Below are positions 18,911-30,924 of a DNA stretch of 64,000 nt, in pieces. The notes under the pieces were generated by a model that was given only the letters and a program-made list of their open reading frames with translations, had not been told where the DNA came from and ran no database searches. Both the position numbers and the translations under genes were made by a program. Numbering within the stretch: position 1 is the stretch's first letter; every line of letters begins with the position of its first letter. This stretch comes from Escherichia phage teqhad: the sequence record NC_054933.1; one strand, written 5' to 3'.

Positions 18911-20621
18911 TAACCTTAATTGGTTTGTTGGTGTTGTTGAAGATAGAATGGACCCATTAAAATTAGGTCGTGTTCGTGTTCGTGTTGTTGGTCTGCATCC
19001 ACCTCAAAGAGCACAAGGTGATGTAATGGGTATTCCAACTGAAAAATTACCATGGATGTCAGTTATTCAACCTATAACTTCTGCAGCAATGTCTGGAATT
19101 GGAGGCTCCGTTACTGGACCGGTAGAAGGAACTAGAGTTTATGGTCATTTTTTGGACAAATGGAAAACTAACGGAATTGTCCTTGGCACGTATGGTGGAA
19201 TAGTTCGCGAAAAGCCTAATAGACTTGAAGGATTTTCTGACCCAACTGGACAGTATCCTAGACGTCTAGGAAATGATACTAACGTATTAAACCAAGGCGG
19301 AGAAGTAGGATATGATTCGTCTTCTAATATTATCCAAGATAGTAATCTAGACACTGCAATAAATCCCGATGATAGACCACTATCAGAAATTCCAACTGAT
19401 GATAATCCAAATATGTCAATGGCTGAAATGCTTCGCCGTGATGAAGGATTAAGACTAAAAGTTTATTGGGATACCGAAGGATATCCGACAATTGGTATTG
19501 GTCATCTTATCATGAAGCAGCCAGTTCGTGATATGGCTCAAATTAATAAAGTTTTATCAAAACAAGTTGGTCGTGAAATTACTGGAAACCCAGGTTCTAT
19601 TACAATGGAAGAAGCGACGACTTTATTTGAGCGTGATTTGGCTGATATGCAACGTGACATTAAATCACATTCTAAAGTAGGACCAGTCTGGCAAGCTGTC
19701 AACCGTTCTCGTCAAATGGCATTAGAAAATATGGCATTTCAGATGGGTGTTGGCGGTGTAGCTAAATTTAACACAATGTTAACTGCCATGTTAGCAGGAG
19801 ATTGGGAAAAAGCATATAAAGCCGGTCGTGATTCATTGTGGTATCAACAAACAAAAGGCCGTGCATCCCGTGTTACCATGATTATTCTTACGGGGAATTT
19901 GGAATCATATGGTGTTGAAGTGAAAACTCCAGCTAGGTCTTTATCGGCAATGGCTGCGACTGTAGCTAAATCTTCTGACCCTGCTGACCCTCCTATTCCA
20001 AATGACTCGAGAATTTTATTCAAAGAACCAGTTTCTTCATATAAAGGCGAATATCCTTATGTGCATACAATGGAAACTGAAAGCGGACATATTCAGGAAT
20101 TTGATGATACCCCTGGGCAAGAACGATACAGATTAGTTCATCCAACTGGAACTTATGAAGAAGTATCACCGTCAGGAAGAAGAACAAGAAAAACTGTTGA
20201 TAATTTGTATGATATAACCAACGCTGATGGTAATTTTTTGGTAGCCGGTGATAAAAAGACTAACGTCGGTGGATCAGAAATTTATTACAACATGGATAAT
20301 CGTCTTCACCAAATAGATGGAAGCAATACGATATTTGTTCGAGGCGATGAAACTAAGACGGTTGAAGGTAATGGAACTATCCTAGTTAAAGGTAATGTTA
20401 CTATTGTAGTTGAAGGTAATGCTGACATTACAGTTAAAGGAGATGCTACCACTTTAGTTGAAGGAAATCAGACTAATACAGTAAATGGAAATCTTTCTTG
20501 GAAAGTTGCTGGGACAGTTGATTGGGACGTTGGTGGTGATTGGACAGAAAAAATGGCATCTATGAGTTCTATTTCATCTGGTCAATACACAATTGATGGA
20601 TCGAGGATTGACATTGGCTAA
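18894..20621 (+). CDS. 5: baseplate hub / cell-puncturing device with lysozyme domain gp5
   Basis: 575 aa; internal lysozyme domain MAEMLRRDEGLRLKVYWDTEGYPTIGIGHL paralogous to e; C-terminal VEGN beta-helix repeats. Confidence 0.95.
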   Translation: MEMISNNLNWFVGVVEDRMDPLKLGRVRVRVVGLHPPQRAQGDVMGIPTEKLPWMSVIQPITSAAMSGIGGSVTGPVEGTRVYGHFLDKWKTNGIVLGTYGGIVREKPNRLEGFSDPTGQYPRRLGNDTNVLNQGGEVGYDSSSNIIQDSNLDTAINPDDRPLSEIPTDDNPNMSMAEMLRRDEGLRLKVYWDTEGYPTIGIGHLIMKQPVRDMAQINKVLSKQVGREITGNPGSITMEEATTLFERDLADMQRDIKSHSKVGPVWQAVNRSRQMALENMAFQMGVGGVAKFNTMLTAMLAGDWEKAYKAGRDSLWYQQTKGRASRVTMIILTGNLESYGVEVKTPARSLSAMAATVAKSSDPADPPIPNDSRILFKEPVSSYKGEYPYVHTMETESGHIQEFDDTPGQERYRLVHPTGTYEEVSPSGRRTRKTVDNLYDITNADGNFLVAGDKKTNVGGSEIYYNMDNRLHQIDGSNTIFVRGDETKTVEGNGTILVKGNVTIVVEGNADITVKGDATTLVEGNQTNTVNGNLSWKVAGTVDWDVGGDWTEKMASMSSISSGQYTIDGSRIDIG

Positions 20622-21150
20622 TATACTTCCAATGAGCGCTGATTTAGGAGAATCCATGGAAGGTTCTTCTATCGACGTCACCTTTACCGCTCAATTAGAA
20701 ACAGGTGAAACGTTAGTATCTATAAATATAACTAGTTACGAAGAAACTCCTGGGGTTTTAGTAGAAGAAAATCGCTTATATGGAACATATGAATCTGTAT
20801 TTGGTTTCGGAAATGATGCGTTGAAATATCGTTTAGGCGATGAATTTAAAACTGCTGCTTCATGGGAAGAACTTCCTACTGATTCTGATACTCAGCTGTA
20901 TTTGTGGAAAGCTCCTCAAAATCTCCAGAAGACATTCACTTACGAAGTAACATTAATATATGACTACCAAGAACAAAGTGAATCTGGAGGTTCTGGCAGT
21001 AATTCTAGGTCATCTTCTGATACTACTGAACCGACAGATCCTCCTGCTCCAGTAAGAAAAACTCTCGTTAAAAATTATACTAAAACTATAGTTGGAAATT
21101 GGAGTCGTTGGGCTAATAAATTGAGAAGCTATGTGTATGAGAGGCCATAA
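20593..21150 (+). CDS. 5.1: gp5.1-like protein
   Basis: Track ORF of 185 aa; true start probably an internal ATG; Ser/Thr-rich C-terminus. Confidence 0.7.
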
Positions 21151-21444
21151 ATGTCAGGATTAAGTTATGATAAGTGTGTTACTGCTGGCCATGAAGCGTG
21201 GCCTCCAACAGTTGTGAATGCTACACAAAGTAAAGTATTCACTGGAGGAATTGCTGTTCTCGTAGCAGGTGATCCAATTACAGAACATACAGAAATTAAA
21301 AAGCCATATGAAACACATGGCGGAGTGACACAACCCAGAACTTCTAAGGTATATGTCACTGGAAAGAAAGCTGTTCAAATGGCTGATCCAATATCATGCG
21401 GTGATACTGTGGCTCAGGCATCATCTAAAGTATTCATTAAATAG
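21151..21444 (+). CDS. 5.4: PAAR-repeat spike tip protein gp5.4
   Basis: 97 aa, immediately before gene 6. Confidence 0.85.
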
Positions 21445-21452
21445 GATTTAAA

Positions 21453-23435
21453 ATGGCAAATACCCCTGTAAATTATCAATTAACAAGAACAGCAAATGCT
21501 ATTCCCGAGATATTCGTCGGGGGTACGTTTGCTGAAATAAAACAAAACCTCATTGAATGGCTTAATGGCCAAAATGAATTTTTGGATTATGATTTTGAAG
21601 GCTCAAGATTAAACGTTCTGTGTGACCTTTTAGCTTATAATACATTATACATTCAGCAGTTTGGTAATGCTGCTGTGTATGAAAGCTTTATGCGTACTGC
21701 TAACTTACGAAGTTCAGTTGTTCAAGCTGCACAAGATAACGGATATTTACCTACTTCAAAATCCGCTGCGCAGACCGAAATTATGTTAACATGCACTGAC
21801 GCATTGAATAGGAATTACATTACTATTCCTCGCGGAACTCGCTTTTTAGCATATGCAAAAGATACTTCTGTTAATCCATATAACTTCGTTTCTACCGAAG
21901 ATGTTATTGCTATTCGTGATAAAAATAACCAATATTTTCCACGTTTAAAATTGGCCCAGGGACGTATAGTAAGAACTGAAATCATTTATGATAAATTAAC
22001 ACCTATTATCATTTATGACAAAAATATAGATAGAAACCAGGTTAAATTATATGTTGATGGAGCGGAATGGATTAACTGGACGAGAAAGTCAATGGTTCAT
22101 GCTGGTTCAACATCAACGATTTACTATATGCGTGAAACTATTGATGGAAACACTGAATTCTATTTTGGCGAAGGTGAAATTTCTGTTAATGCTTCTGAAG
22201 GAGCTTTGACCGCTAATTATATCGGAGGTCTTAAACCTACTCAGAACTCTACGATTGTTATTGAGTACATCAGTACTAATGGTGCTGACGCGAACGGAGC
22301 AGTCGGATTTTCATACGCAGATACATTAACAAATATAACTGTCATCAATATTAATGAAAATCCAAACGATGACCCAGATTTTGTTGGGGCAGATGGTGGT
22401 GGTGATCCGGAAGATATTGAGCGTATTCGCGAATTGGGTACTATTAAACGCGAAACCCAGCAACGCTGCGTAACTGCAACTGATTATGATACATTCGTTT
22501 CAGAGAGATTTGGTTCTATTATTCAAGCAGTTCAGACTTTCACTGATTCTACTAAACCTGGTTATGCATTTATTGCTGCTAAACCTAAATCAGGTCTGTA
22601 TTTAACTACCGTACAGCGCGAAGATATTAAAAATTATCTCAAAGACTATAATTTAGCTCCTATTACGCCATCAATTATTTCTCCTAATTATCTTTTTATT
22701 AAGACTAATTTAAAAGTCACATATGCTTTAAATAAACTGCAAGAATCCGAGCAGTGGCTTGAAGGTCAAATAATTGATAAAATTGATCGCTATTATACCG
22801 AAGATGTAGAAATTTTTAACTCGTCTTTTGCCAAGTCTAAGATGTTGACATATGTAGATGATGCAGATCATTCTGTCATTGGTTCATCAGCGACTATTCA
22901 AATGGTTCGTGAAGTACAAAACTTCTATAAAACGCCTGAAGCAGGTATTAAATACAATAATCAAATAAAAGATCGTTCTATGGAATCTAATACGTTTTCA
23001 TTTAATTCTGGACGAAAGGTTGTAAATCCTGATACTGGTTTAGAAGAAGATGTATTATATGACGTTCGTATAGTATCAACAGACCGAGATTCTAAAGGAA
23101 TTGGTAAAGTTATTATTGGTCCATTTGCTTCTGGCGATGTTACAGAAAATGAAAACATTCAGCCGTATACAGGCAACGATTTTAACAAATTAGCAAATTC
23201 TGATGGACGCGACAAATACTATGTTATCGGTGAAATAAATTATCCGGCTGACATGATTTATTGGAATATCGCTAAAATTAATTTAACATCTGAAAAATTT
23301 GAAGTTCAGACTATTGAATTATATTCTGATCCAACCGATGATGTTATCTTTACTCGCGATGGTTCACTGATTGTATTTGAAAATGACTTACGTCCACAAT
23401 ACTTAACTATCGATTTGGAGCCTATATCACAATGA
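21453..23435 (+). CDS. 6: baseplate wedge protein gp6
   Basis: 660 aa, T4 size and order. Confidence 0.95.
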   Translation: MANTPVNYQLTRTANAIPEIFVGGTFAEIKQNLIEWLNGQNEFLDYDFEGSRLNVLCDLLAYNTLYIQQFGNAAVYESFMRTANLRSSVVQAAQDNGYLPTSKSAAQTEIMLTCTDALNRNYITIPRGTRFLAYAKDTSVNPYNFVSTEDVIAIRDKNNQYFPRLKLAQGRIVRTEIIYDKLTPIIIYDKNIDRNQVKLYVDGAEWINWTRKSMVHAGSTSTIYYMRETIDGNTEFYFGEGEISVNASEGALTANYIGGLKPTQNSTIVIEYISTNGADANGAVGFSYADTLTNITVININENPNDDPDFVGADGGGDPEDIERIRELGTIKRETQQRCVTATDYDTFVSERFGSIIQAVQTFTDSTKPGYAFIAAKPKSGLYLTTVQREDIKNYLKDYNLAPITPSIISPNYLFIKTNLKVTYALNKLQESEQWLEGQIIDKIDRYYTEDVEIFNSSFAKSKMLTYVDDADHSVIGSSATIQMVREVQNFYKTPEAGIKYNNQIKDRSMESNTFSFNSGRKVVNPDTGLEEDVLYDVRIVSTDRDSKGIGKVIIGPFASGDVTENENIQPYTGNDFNKLANSDGRDKYYVIGEINYPADMIYWNIAKINLTSEKFEVQTIELYSDPTDDVIFTRDGSLIVFENDLRPQYLTIDLEPISQ

Positions 23436-26400
23436 CAGTAAAAGCACCTTCAGTCACTAGTCTCAGAATTTCCAAGTTATCCGCAAATCAGGTGCAAGTA
23501 CGCTGGGATGACGTTGGTGCTAATTTCTACTATTTTGTAGAAATCGCTGAGACAAAAACAAACTCGGGGGAAAAACTCCCGAGTAATCAATATCGTTGGA
23601 TTAATTTAGGATATACAGCAAATAATAGTTTCTTTTTTGACGATGCTGATCCATTAACAACATACATTATTAGAGTAGCCACAGCTGCGCAAGATTTTGA
23701 GCAGTCTGATTGGATTTATACCGAAGAGTTTGAAACTTTTGCTACAAATGCTTATACATTTCAAAACATGATTGAAATGCAATTAGCCAATAAATTCATT
23801 CAGGAAAAATTTACTCTTAATAATTCTGATTATGTTAATTTTAATAATGATACTATAATGGCTGCATTGATGAATGAATCATTCCAATTCAGCCCATCGT
23901 ATGTTGATGTTTCATCAATAAGTAATTTTATTATTGGTGAAAATGAGTATCATGAAATACAAGGTTCTATTCAGCAAGTATGTAAGGATATTAACCGAGT
24001 TTATTTGATGGAATCAGAAGGAATTCTATATCTTTTTGAGCGCTATCAACCTGTAGTTAAAGTATCCAATGATAAAGGACAAACCTGGAAAGCTGTAAAG
24101 CTCTTCAATGACCGTGTAGGATATCCTTTATCTAAGACAGTATATTACCAATCTGCGAACACAACATACGTTCTAGGATACGACAAGATTTTCTATGGCC
24201 GCAAATCTACTGATGTTAGATGGTCAGCTGATGATGTCAGATTTAGTTCGCAAGATATAACATTTGCTAAACTTGGTGACCAATTACATCTAGGATTTGA
24301 TGTAGAAATTTTTGCCACTTACGCGACTTTACCAGCGAATGTATACCGCATTGCAGAAGCTATTACTTGTACAGATGATTACATTTACGTTGTCGCCAGA
24401 GACAAAGTTAGATACATAAAAACGAGTAATGCACCTATAGATTCTGATCCATTATCTCCAACATATTCGGAAAGACTTTTTGAACCCGATACAATGACTA
24501 TAACTGGAAATCCTAAAGCAGTATGCTATAAAATGGATTCTATCGGTGATAAAGTTTTTGCGCTTATTATTGGTGAAGTTGAAACATTAAATGCTAATCC
24601 TAGAACATCAAAAATAATTGATTCCGCTGATAAAGGAATATATGTTTTAAATCATGACGAAAAGACATGGAAAAGAGTTTTCGGTAATACCGAAGAAGAA
24701 AGAAGACGTATTCAACCCGGATATGCGAATATGTCAACTGATGGTAAATTAGTTTCTCTGTCTTCGAGTAATTTTAAATTTTTAAGTGATAATGTTGTTA
24801 ATGACCCTGAAACTGTGGTGAAATATCAGTTAATCGGTGCTGTTAAATATGAATTTCCTCGTGAATGGTTAACTGATAAGCATTATCATATGATGGCATT
24901 TATAGCGGATGAAACATCTGATTGGGAGACTTTTACTCCTCAACCAATGAAATACTACGCAGAACCATTCTTTAACTGGTCTAAAAAATCTAACACACGT
25001 TGTTGGATAAACAACTCTGATAGAGCTGTAGTAGTTTATGCTGATTTAAAATACACCAAAGTTATAGAAAATATTCCAGAAACATCACCAGATAGATTAG
25101 TTCATGAATACTGGGATGATGGTGATTGCACTATAGTAATGCCAAATGTTAAATTCACTGGATTTAAAAAATATGCGTCTGGGATGCTTTTCTATAAAGC
25201 CTCCGGCGAAATAATTTCTTACTATGATTTTAACTATCGTGTGAGAGATACAGTAGAAATTATTTGGAAGCCAACTGAAGTATTTTTAAAAGCATTTTTA
25301 CAAAACCAAGAGCACGAGACTCCTTGGTCACCAGAAGAAGAGCGTGGATTAGCTGACCCCGATTTAAGACCATTAATTGGAACAATGATGCCTGATTCTT
25401 ATTTGTTACAGGATTCGAATTTTGAAGCATTTTGCGAAGCATATATTCAGTATCTTTCTGATGGGTATGGAACTCAGTATAACAATTTACGAAATTTAAT
25501 TCGTAATCAGTATCCTAGAGAAGAGCATGCATGGGAATATTTGTGGTCAGAGATATATAAAAGAAACATTTATTTAAATGCTGATAAACGTGATGCTGTT
25601 GCGAGATTCTTTGAATCACGTAGCTATGATTTTTATTCTACTAAAGGAATTGAAGCATCATACAAGTTTCTTTTTAAAGTTCTTTATAATGAAGAAGTTG
25701 AAATTGAAATTGAATCTGGGGCTGGTACTGAATATGATATAATCGTTCAATCTGATTCTTTGACTGAAGATTTAGTAGGACAAACGATTTATACAGCCAC
25801 AGGAAGATGTAATGTTACTTATATAGAAAGAAGCTATTCTAATGGTAAATTGCAATGGACCGTAACTATTCATAATCTTTTGGGAAGATTAATTGCTGGT
25901 CAAGAAGTTAAAGCAGAAAGACTCCCTAGTTTTGAAGGCGAAATTATTCGTGGCGTTAAAGGAAAGGATTTGCTTCAAAACAATATAGACTATATTAATA
26001 GAAGTAGATCATACTATGTAATGAAAATTAAATCCAATTTACCTTCTTCTCGTTGGAAATCTGACGTTATTCGTTTTGTTCATCCAGTAGGATTTGGATT
26101 TATAGCAATTACTCTTTTAACGATGTTTATTAATGTTGGTTTAACTCTTAAACATACAGAGACTATAATTAATAAATACAAAAACTATAAATGGGATTCT
26201 GGATTGCCTACTGAATATGCCGATAGAGTAGCTAAATTGACTCCAACTGGTGAAATTGAGCATGATTCAGTAACAGGCGAAGCAATTTATGAGCCTGGCC
26301 CAATGGCTGGTGTAGAATATCCTCTTCCTGATGACTATAATGCTGAAAATAATAATTCAATATTTCAAGGTCAATTGCCGTCTGAACGACGTAAATTAAT

Positions 26401-26530
26401 GAGTCCTTTATTTGATGCATCTGGAACAACATTTGCGCAATTTAGAGATTTAGTTAATAAACGTCTAAAAGACAATATAGGAAATCCAAGAGACCCTGAA
26501 AATCCAACACAGGTTAAAATAGATGAATGA
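23432..26530 (+). CDS. 7: baseplate wedge protein gp7
   Basis: 1032 aa. Confidence 0.95.
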   Translation: MTVKAPSVTSLRISKLSANQVQVRWDDVGANFYYFVEIAETKTNSGEKLPSNQYRWINLGYTANNSFFFDDADPLTTYIIRVATAAQDFEQSDWIYTEEFETFATNAYTFQNMIEMQLANKFIQEKFTLNNSDYVNFNNDTIMAALMNESFQFSPSYVDVSSISNFIIGENEYHEIQGSIQQVCKDINRVYLMESEGILYLFERYQPVVKVSNDKGQTWKAVKLFNDRVGYPLSKTVYYQSANTTYVLGYDKIFYGRKSTDVRWSADDVRFSSQDITFAKLGDQLHLGFDVEIFATYATLPANVYRIAEAITCTDDYIYVVARDKVRYIKTSNAPIDSDPLSPTYSERLFEPDTMTITGNPKAVCYKMDSIGDKVFALIIGEVETLNANPRTSKIIDSADKGIYVLNHDEKTWKRVFGNTEEERRRIQPGYANMSTDGKLVSLSSSNFKFLSDNVVNDPETVVKYQLIGAVKYEFPREWLTDKHYHMMAFIADETSDWETFTPQPMKYYAEPFFNWSKKSNTRCWINNSDRAVVVYADLKYTKVIENIPETSPDRLVHEYWDDGDCTIVMPNVKFTGFKKYASGMLFYKASGEIISYYDFNYRVRDTVEIIWKPTEVFLKAFLQNQEHETPWSPEEERGLADPDLRPLIGTMMPDSYLLQDSNFEAFCEAYIQYLSDGYGTQYNNLRNLIRNQYPREEHAWEYLWSEIYKRNIYLNADKRDAVARFFESRSYDFYSTKGIEASYKFLFKVLYNEEVEIEIESGAGTEYDIIVQSDSLTEDLVGQTIYTATGRCNVTYIERSYSNGKLQWTVTIHNLLGRLIAGQEVKAERLPSFEGEIIRGVKGKDLLQNNIDYINRSRSYYVMKIKSNLPSSRWKSDVIRFVHPVGFGFIAITLLTMFINVGLTLKHTETIINKYKNYKWDSGLPTEYADRVAKLTPTGEIEHDSVTGEAIYEPGPMAGVEYPLPDDYNAENNNSIFQGQLPSERRKLMSPLFDASGTTFAQFRDLVNKRLKDNIGNPRDPENPTQVKIDE

Positions 26531-27527
26531 TTCAAGTGTTATCTATCGTGCGATAGTTACTTCAAAATTTAGAACAGAAAAAATGTTGAATTTTTATAAT
26601 TCAATTGGAAGTGGTCCGGATAAAAACACTATCTTTATCACATTTGGAAGATCAGAACCGTGGTCATCAAATGAAAATGAGGTGGGCTTTGCCCCACCTT
26701 ATCCAACCGATTCTGTATTAGGCGTAACTGACATGTGGACGCATATGATGGGAACAGTGAAGGTTCTTCCATCAATGCTTGATGCAGTTATTCCTCGCAG
26801 AGATTGGGGAGATACTCGATATCCTGATCCATACACATTTAGAATTAATGACATTGTAGTGTGTAACTCAGCTCCTTACAACGCTACTGAATCAGGCGCA
26901 GGCTGGTTAGTATATCGTTGTTTAGATGTTCCTGATACCGGAATGTGTTCAATCGCATCTTTAACTGATAAGGATGAATGTCTTAAGTTAGGTGGAAAAT
27001 GGACTCCTTCTGCTAGGTCAATGACTCCTCCTGAAGGTCGAGGAGATGCTGAAGGAACAATTGAACCTGGGGACGGGTATGTGTGGGAATATCTATTTGA
27101 GATTCCGCCTGATGTATCTATAAATAGATGCACGAATGAATATATCGTGGTTCCTTGGCCTGAGGAATTAAAAGAAGACCCGACTAGATGGGGGTATGAA
27201 GATAATCTCACTTGGCAGCAAGATGATTTTGGATTAATTTACCGTGTTAAGGCAAATACTATCCGTTTTAAAGCATATTTAGATTCAGTTTATTTTCCTG
27301 AAGCTGCATTGCCAGGAAATAAAGGATTTAGACAAATATCAATAATCACGAATCCTCTTGAAGCTAAAGCTCATCCAAATGACCCAAACGTTAAAGCTGA
27401 AAAGGATTATTATGATCCGGAAGATTTAATGAGGCATTCGGGCGAAATGATTTATATGGAAAATAGGCCACCTATTATTATGGCAATGGATCAGACAGAA
27501 GAAATCAATATTCTGTTTACATTTTAA
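26523..27527 (+). CDS. 8: baseplate wedge protein gp8
   Basis: 334 aa. Confidence 0.95.
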   Translation: MNDSSVIYRAIVTSKFRTEKMLNFYNSIGSGPDKNTIFITFGRSEPWSSNENEVGFAPPYPTDSVLGVTDMWTHMMGTVKVLPSMLDAVIPRRDWGDTRYPDPYTFRINDIVVCNSAPYNATESGAGWLVYRCLDVPDTGMCSIASLTDKDECLKLGGKWTPSARSMTPPEGRGDAEGTIEPGDGYVWEYLFEIPPDVSINRCTNEYIVVPWPEELKEDPTRWGYEDNLTWQQDDFGLIYRVKANTIRFKAYLDSVYFPEAALPGNKGFRQISIITNPLEAKAHPNDPNVKAEKDYYDPEDLMRHSGEMIYMENRPPIIMAMDQTEEINILFTF

Positions 27528-27532
27528 ATTAA

Positions 27533-27555
27533 GGGAGCCCATGGGCTCCCTTTTT
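27533..27555 (+). terminator. rho-independent terminator after gene 8
   Basis: gggagcccatgggctccc hairpin followed by ttttt. Confidence 0.65.
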
Positions 27556-27558
27556 CTT

Positions 27559-27566
27559 TATAAATA
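27559..27566 (+). promoter_or_regulatory. late promoter TATAAATA upstream of gene 9
   Basis: TATAAATA about 25 nt before the gp9 ATG. Confidence 0.6.
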
Positions 27567-27590
27567 CTATAAACTCATAAGGAAACCGCT

Positions 27591-28457
27591 ATGTTCATTC
27601 AAGAACCAAAGAAATTGATTGATACCGGCGAAATTGGTAACGCTTCTACTGGTGATATCTTATTCGACGGTGGTAATAAAATTAATAGTGATTTTAACGC
27701 AATTTATAATGCGTTTGGCGATCAACGTAAAATGGCAGTAGCAAATGGCACCGGAGCAGATGGTCAAATTATCCATGCTACTGGATATTATCAAAAACAC
27801 TCTATTGCAGAGTATGCAACTCCAGTAAAAGTTGGCACTAGGCATGATATTGATACCTCTACCGTAGGTGTTAAAGTTATCATTGAAAGAGGCGAACTCG
27901 GCGATTGTGTTGAATTCATTAATTCTAACGGATCAATATCAGTTACTAATCCTTTGACAATTCAAGCTATTGATTCAATTAAAGGTGTTTCAGGTAATTT
28001 AGTAGTAACTAGCCCATATAGTAAAGTTACTTTACGCTGTATTTCATCTGATAATTCTACGTCGGTTTGGAATTATTCTATTGAAAGTATGTTTGGACAA
28101 AAGGAATCACCAGCTGAAGGTACATGGAATATTTCTACATCTGGATCAGTTGATATTCCACTATTTCATCGCACTGAATACAATATGGCTAAATTACTAG
28201 TTACATGCCAATCGGTAGATGGAAGAAAAATTAAAACAGCAGAAATAAATATTCTTGTGGATACTGTCAATTCAGAGGTAATTTCTTCTGAATATGCTGT
28301 CATGCGAGTTGGGAATGAAACCGAAGAAGACGAAATCGCTAATATTGCATTTAGTATTAAAGAAAATTACGTAACGGCGACTATAAGTTCTTCAACTGTC
28401 GGTATGAGAGCAGCAGTTAAAGTTATCGCTACGCAGAAAATCGGGGTGGCTCAATAA
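27591..28457 (+). CDS. 9: baseplate wedge, long-tail-fibre socket gp9
   Basis: 288 aa. Confidence 0.95.
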   Translation: MFIQEPKKLIDTGEIGNASTGDILFDGGNKINSDFNAIYNAFGDQRKMAVANGTGADGQIIHATGYYQKHSIAEYATPVKVGTRHDIDTSTVGVKVIIERGELGDCVEFINSNGSISVTNPLTIQAIDSIKGVSGNLVVTSPYSKVTLRCISSDNSTSVWNYSIESMFGQKESPAEGTWNISTSGSVDIPLFHRTEYNMAKLLVTCQSVDGRKIKTAEINILVDTVNSEVISSEYAVMRVGNETEEDEIANIAFSIKENYVTATISSSTVGMRAAVKVIATQKIGVAQ

Positions 28458-30265
28458 TGAAACAAAATATTAATATCGGTAATGTTGTAGATGATGGTAC
28501 CGGTGACTACCTGCGTAAAGGTGGTATAAAAATAAATGAAAACTTTGATGAGCTTTATTATGAACTCGGTGATGGTGATGTTCCATATTCAGCCGGTGCC
28601 TGGAAAACTTATAATGCTTCATCAGGACAAACATTAACAGCAGAATGGGGAAAATCGTACGCTATTAATACATCTTCTGGAAGAGTGACTATAAATCTTC
28701 CAAAGGGCACAGTTAATGATTACAACAAGGTAATTAGAGCTAGAGACGTATTTGCTACATGGAACGTCAACCCAGTTACACTAGTAGCTGCTTCCGGCGA
28801 TACGATTAAAGGGTCTGCAGTGCCAGTTGAAATTAATGTTCAATTCAGCGATTTAGAACTAGTGTATTGTGCCCCAGGACGTTGGGAATATGTCAAAAAT
28901 AAACAAATCGACAAAATTACCAGTTCAGACATTAGTAATGTAGCTCGCAAAGAATTTTTAGTTGAAGTTCAAGGACAAACGGACTTTTTAGATGTTTTCC
29001 GTGGAACTAGTTATAATGTAAATAACATCAGAGTAAAACATCGCGGTAACGAATTGTATTACGGTGATGTGTTTAGCGAAAACAGCGATTTTGGCTCTCC
29101 GGGCGAAAATGAAGGAGAACTAGTTCCTCTTGATGGATTTAATATTCGATTAAGACAGCCTTGTAATATTGGTGACACTGTTCAAATTGAAACATTTATG
29201 GATGGTGTATCGCAGTGGAGAAGTTCATATACAAGACGTCAAATTAGATTGTTAGATTCAAAATTAACGTCAAAAACTTCTTTAGAAGGAAGCATTTACG
29301 TTACTGATTTATCAACAATGAAATCAATTCCATTTTCTGCTTTTGGATTAATTCCAGGAGAACCTATTAATCCTAACTCTCTTGAGGTTCGTTTTAATGG
29401 AATTTTACAAGAATTGGCTGGAACAGTTGGAATGCCGTTATTTCATTGTGTTGGTGCCGATTCAGACGATGAAGTAGAATGTTCTGTTTTAGGTGGAACT
29501 TGGGAACAATCTCATACCGATTATTCAGTTGAAACTGATGAAAACGGCATACCGGAAATTTTACATTTCGATAGAGTATTTGAGCATGGTGACATTATCA
29601 ATATCACCTGGTTTAATAATGATTTGGGTACATTATTAACGAAAGATGAGATTATTGATGAAACTGATAATCTCTATGTATCGCAAGGACCAGGAGTAGA
29701 TATTTCCGGTGATGTAAATTTAACAGACTTTGATAAAATTGGTTGGCCAAATGTAGAAGCAGTTCAATCTTATCAACGCGAATTTAATGCTGTTTCAAAT
29801 ATCTTTGATACGATTTATCCTATTGGAACTATATATGAAAACGCTGTTAATCCAAACAACCCTGTTACATATATGGGATTCGGCTCATGGAAATTATTTG
29901 GGCAAGGAAAAGTTTTAGTTGGATGGAATGAAGATATTTCGGATCCGAATTTTGCTCTAAATAACAACGATTTAGATTCTGGCGGAAATCCTTCGCATAC
30001 TGCAGGTGGAACAGGTGGTTCTACTTCTGTTACATTGGAAAATGCTAATCTTCCTGCAACTGAAACAGATGAAGAAGTTCTAATAGTTGATGAAAATGGA
30101 TCAGTCATTGTTGGTGGGTGTCAATACGATCCAGATGAATCCGGTCCAATTTACACTAAATACCGTGAAGCTAAAGCATCTACTAACTCTACTCACACTC
30201 CGCCAACATCAATAACTAACATTCAACCATATATTACAGTTTATCGTTGGATAAGGATTGCATAA
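28457..30265 (+). CDS. 10: baseplate wedge protein gp10
   Basis: 602 aa. Confidence 0.95.
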   Translation: MKQNINIGNVVDDGTGDYLRKGGIKINENFDELYYELGDGDVPYSAGAWKTYNASSGQTLTAEWGKSYAINTSSGRVTINLPKGTVNDYNKVIRARDVFATWNVNPVTLVAASGDTIKGSAVPVEINVQFSDLELVYCAPGRWEYVKNKQIDKITSSDISNVARKEFLVEVQGQTDFLDVFRGTSYNVNNIRVKHRGNELYYGDVFSENSDFGSPGENEGELVPLDGFNIRLRQPCNIGDTVQIETFMDGVSQWRSSYTRRQIRLLDSKLTSKTSLEGSIYVTDLSTMKSIPFSAFGLIPGEPINPNSLEVRFNGILQELAGTVGMPLFHCVGADSDDEVECSVLGGTWEQSHTDYSVETDENGIPEILHFDRVFEHGDIINITWFNNDLGTLLTKDEIIDETDNLYVSQGPGVDISGDVNLTDFDKIGWPNVEAVQSYQREFNAVSNIFDTIYPIGTIYENAVNPNNPVTYMGFGSWKLFGQGKVLVGWNEDISDPNFALNNNDLDSGGNPSHTAGGTGGSTSVTLENANLPATETDEEVLIVDENGSVIVGGCQYDPDESGPIYTKYREAKASTNSTHTPPTSITNIQPYITVYRWIRIA

Positions 30266-30924
30266 TGAGTTTACTTAATAATAAAGCGGGAGTTATTTCC
30301 CGCTTAGCCGATTTTCTTGGTTTTAGACCTAAAGCTGGTAATATAGATGTAATGAATCGTCAATCAGTTGGGTCAGTGACAATTTCTCAATTAGCGAAAG
30401 GATTTTATGAACCAAACGTAGAATCAGCTATTAATGACGTTCACAATTTTTCTATAAAAGACGTTGGTACAATTATTACTAATAAAACTGGTGTTTCTCC
30501 TGAGGGTGTTTCTCAAACTGATTATTGGGCATTTTCTGGAACTGTAACAGACGATTCTCTTCCTCCGGGTTCTCCTGTTACAGTATTAGTATTTGGTCTT
30601 CCAGTTTCAGCAACAACTGGAATGACGGCAATTGAGTTTGTTGCAAAAGTTCGTGTTGCCCTTCAAGAAGCTATTGCGTCATTTACTGCTATCAACTCAT
30701 ATAAAGACCATCCGACAGATGGTAGTAAATTAGAAGTTACTTATTTAGATAATCAAAAACATGTATTAAGCACATATTCTACATATGGAATAACTATTTC
30801 ACAGGAAATTATTTCTGAATCTAAACCTGGCTATGGTACATGGAATTTATTAGGCGCACAAACTGTAACTTTAGATAATCAGCAGACTCCTACAGTACTT
30901 TATCATTTTGAGAGAACAGCATGA
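30265..30924 (+). CDS. 11: baseplate wedge, short-tail-fibre attachment gp11
   Basis: 219 aa from [17 protein letters not shown], overlapping the gp10 stop (ATAATGA). Confidence 0.95.
   Translation: MSLLNNKAGVISRLADFLGFRPKAGNIDVMNRQSVGSVTISQLAKGFYEPNVESAINDVHNFSIKDVGTIITNKTGVSPEGVSQTDYWAFSGTVTDDSLPPGSPVTVLVFGLPVSATTGMTAIEFVAKVRVALQEAIASFTAINSYKDHPTDGSKLEVTYLDNQKHVLSTYSTYGITISQEIISESKPGYGTWNLLGAQTVTLDNQQTPTVLYHFERTA

Noticed and set aside
18894-20621. Second lysozyme as a possible duplicated endolysin
   Set aside because: This is the known lysozyme domain of the gp5 cell-puncturing protein, not an extra endolysin.
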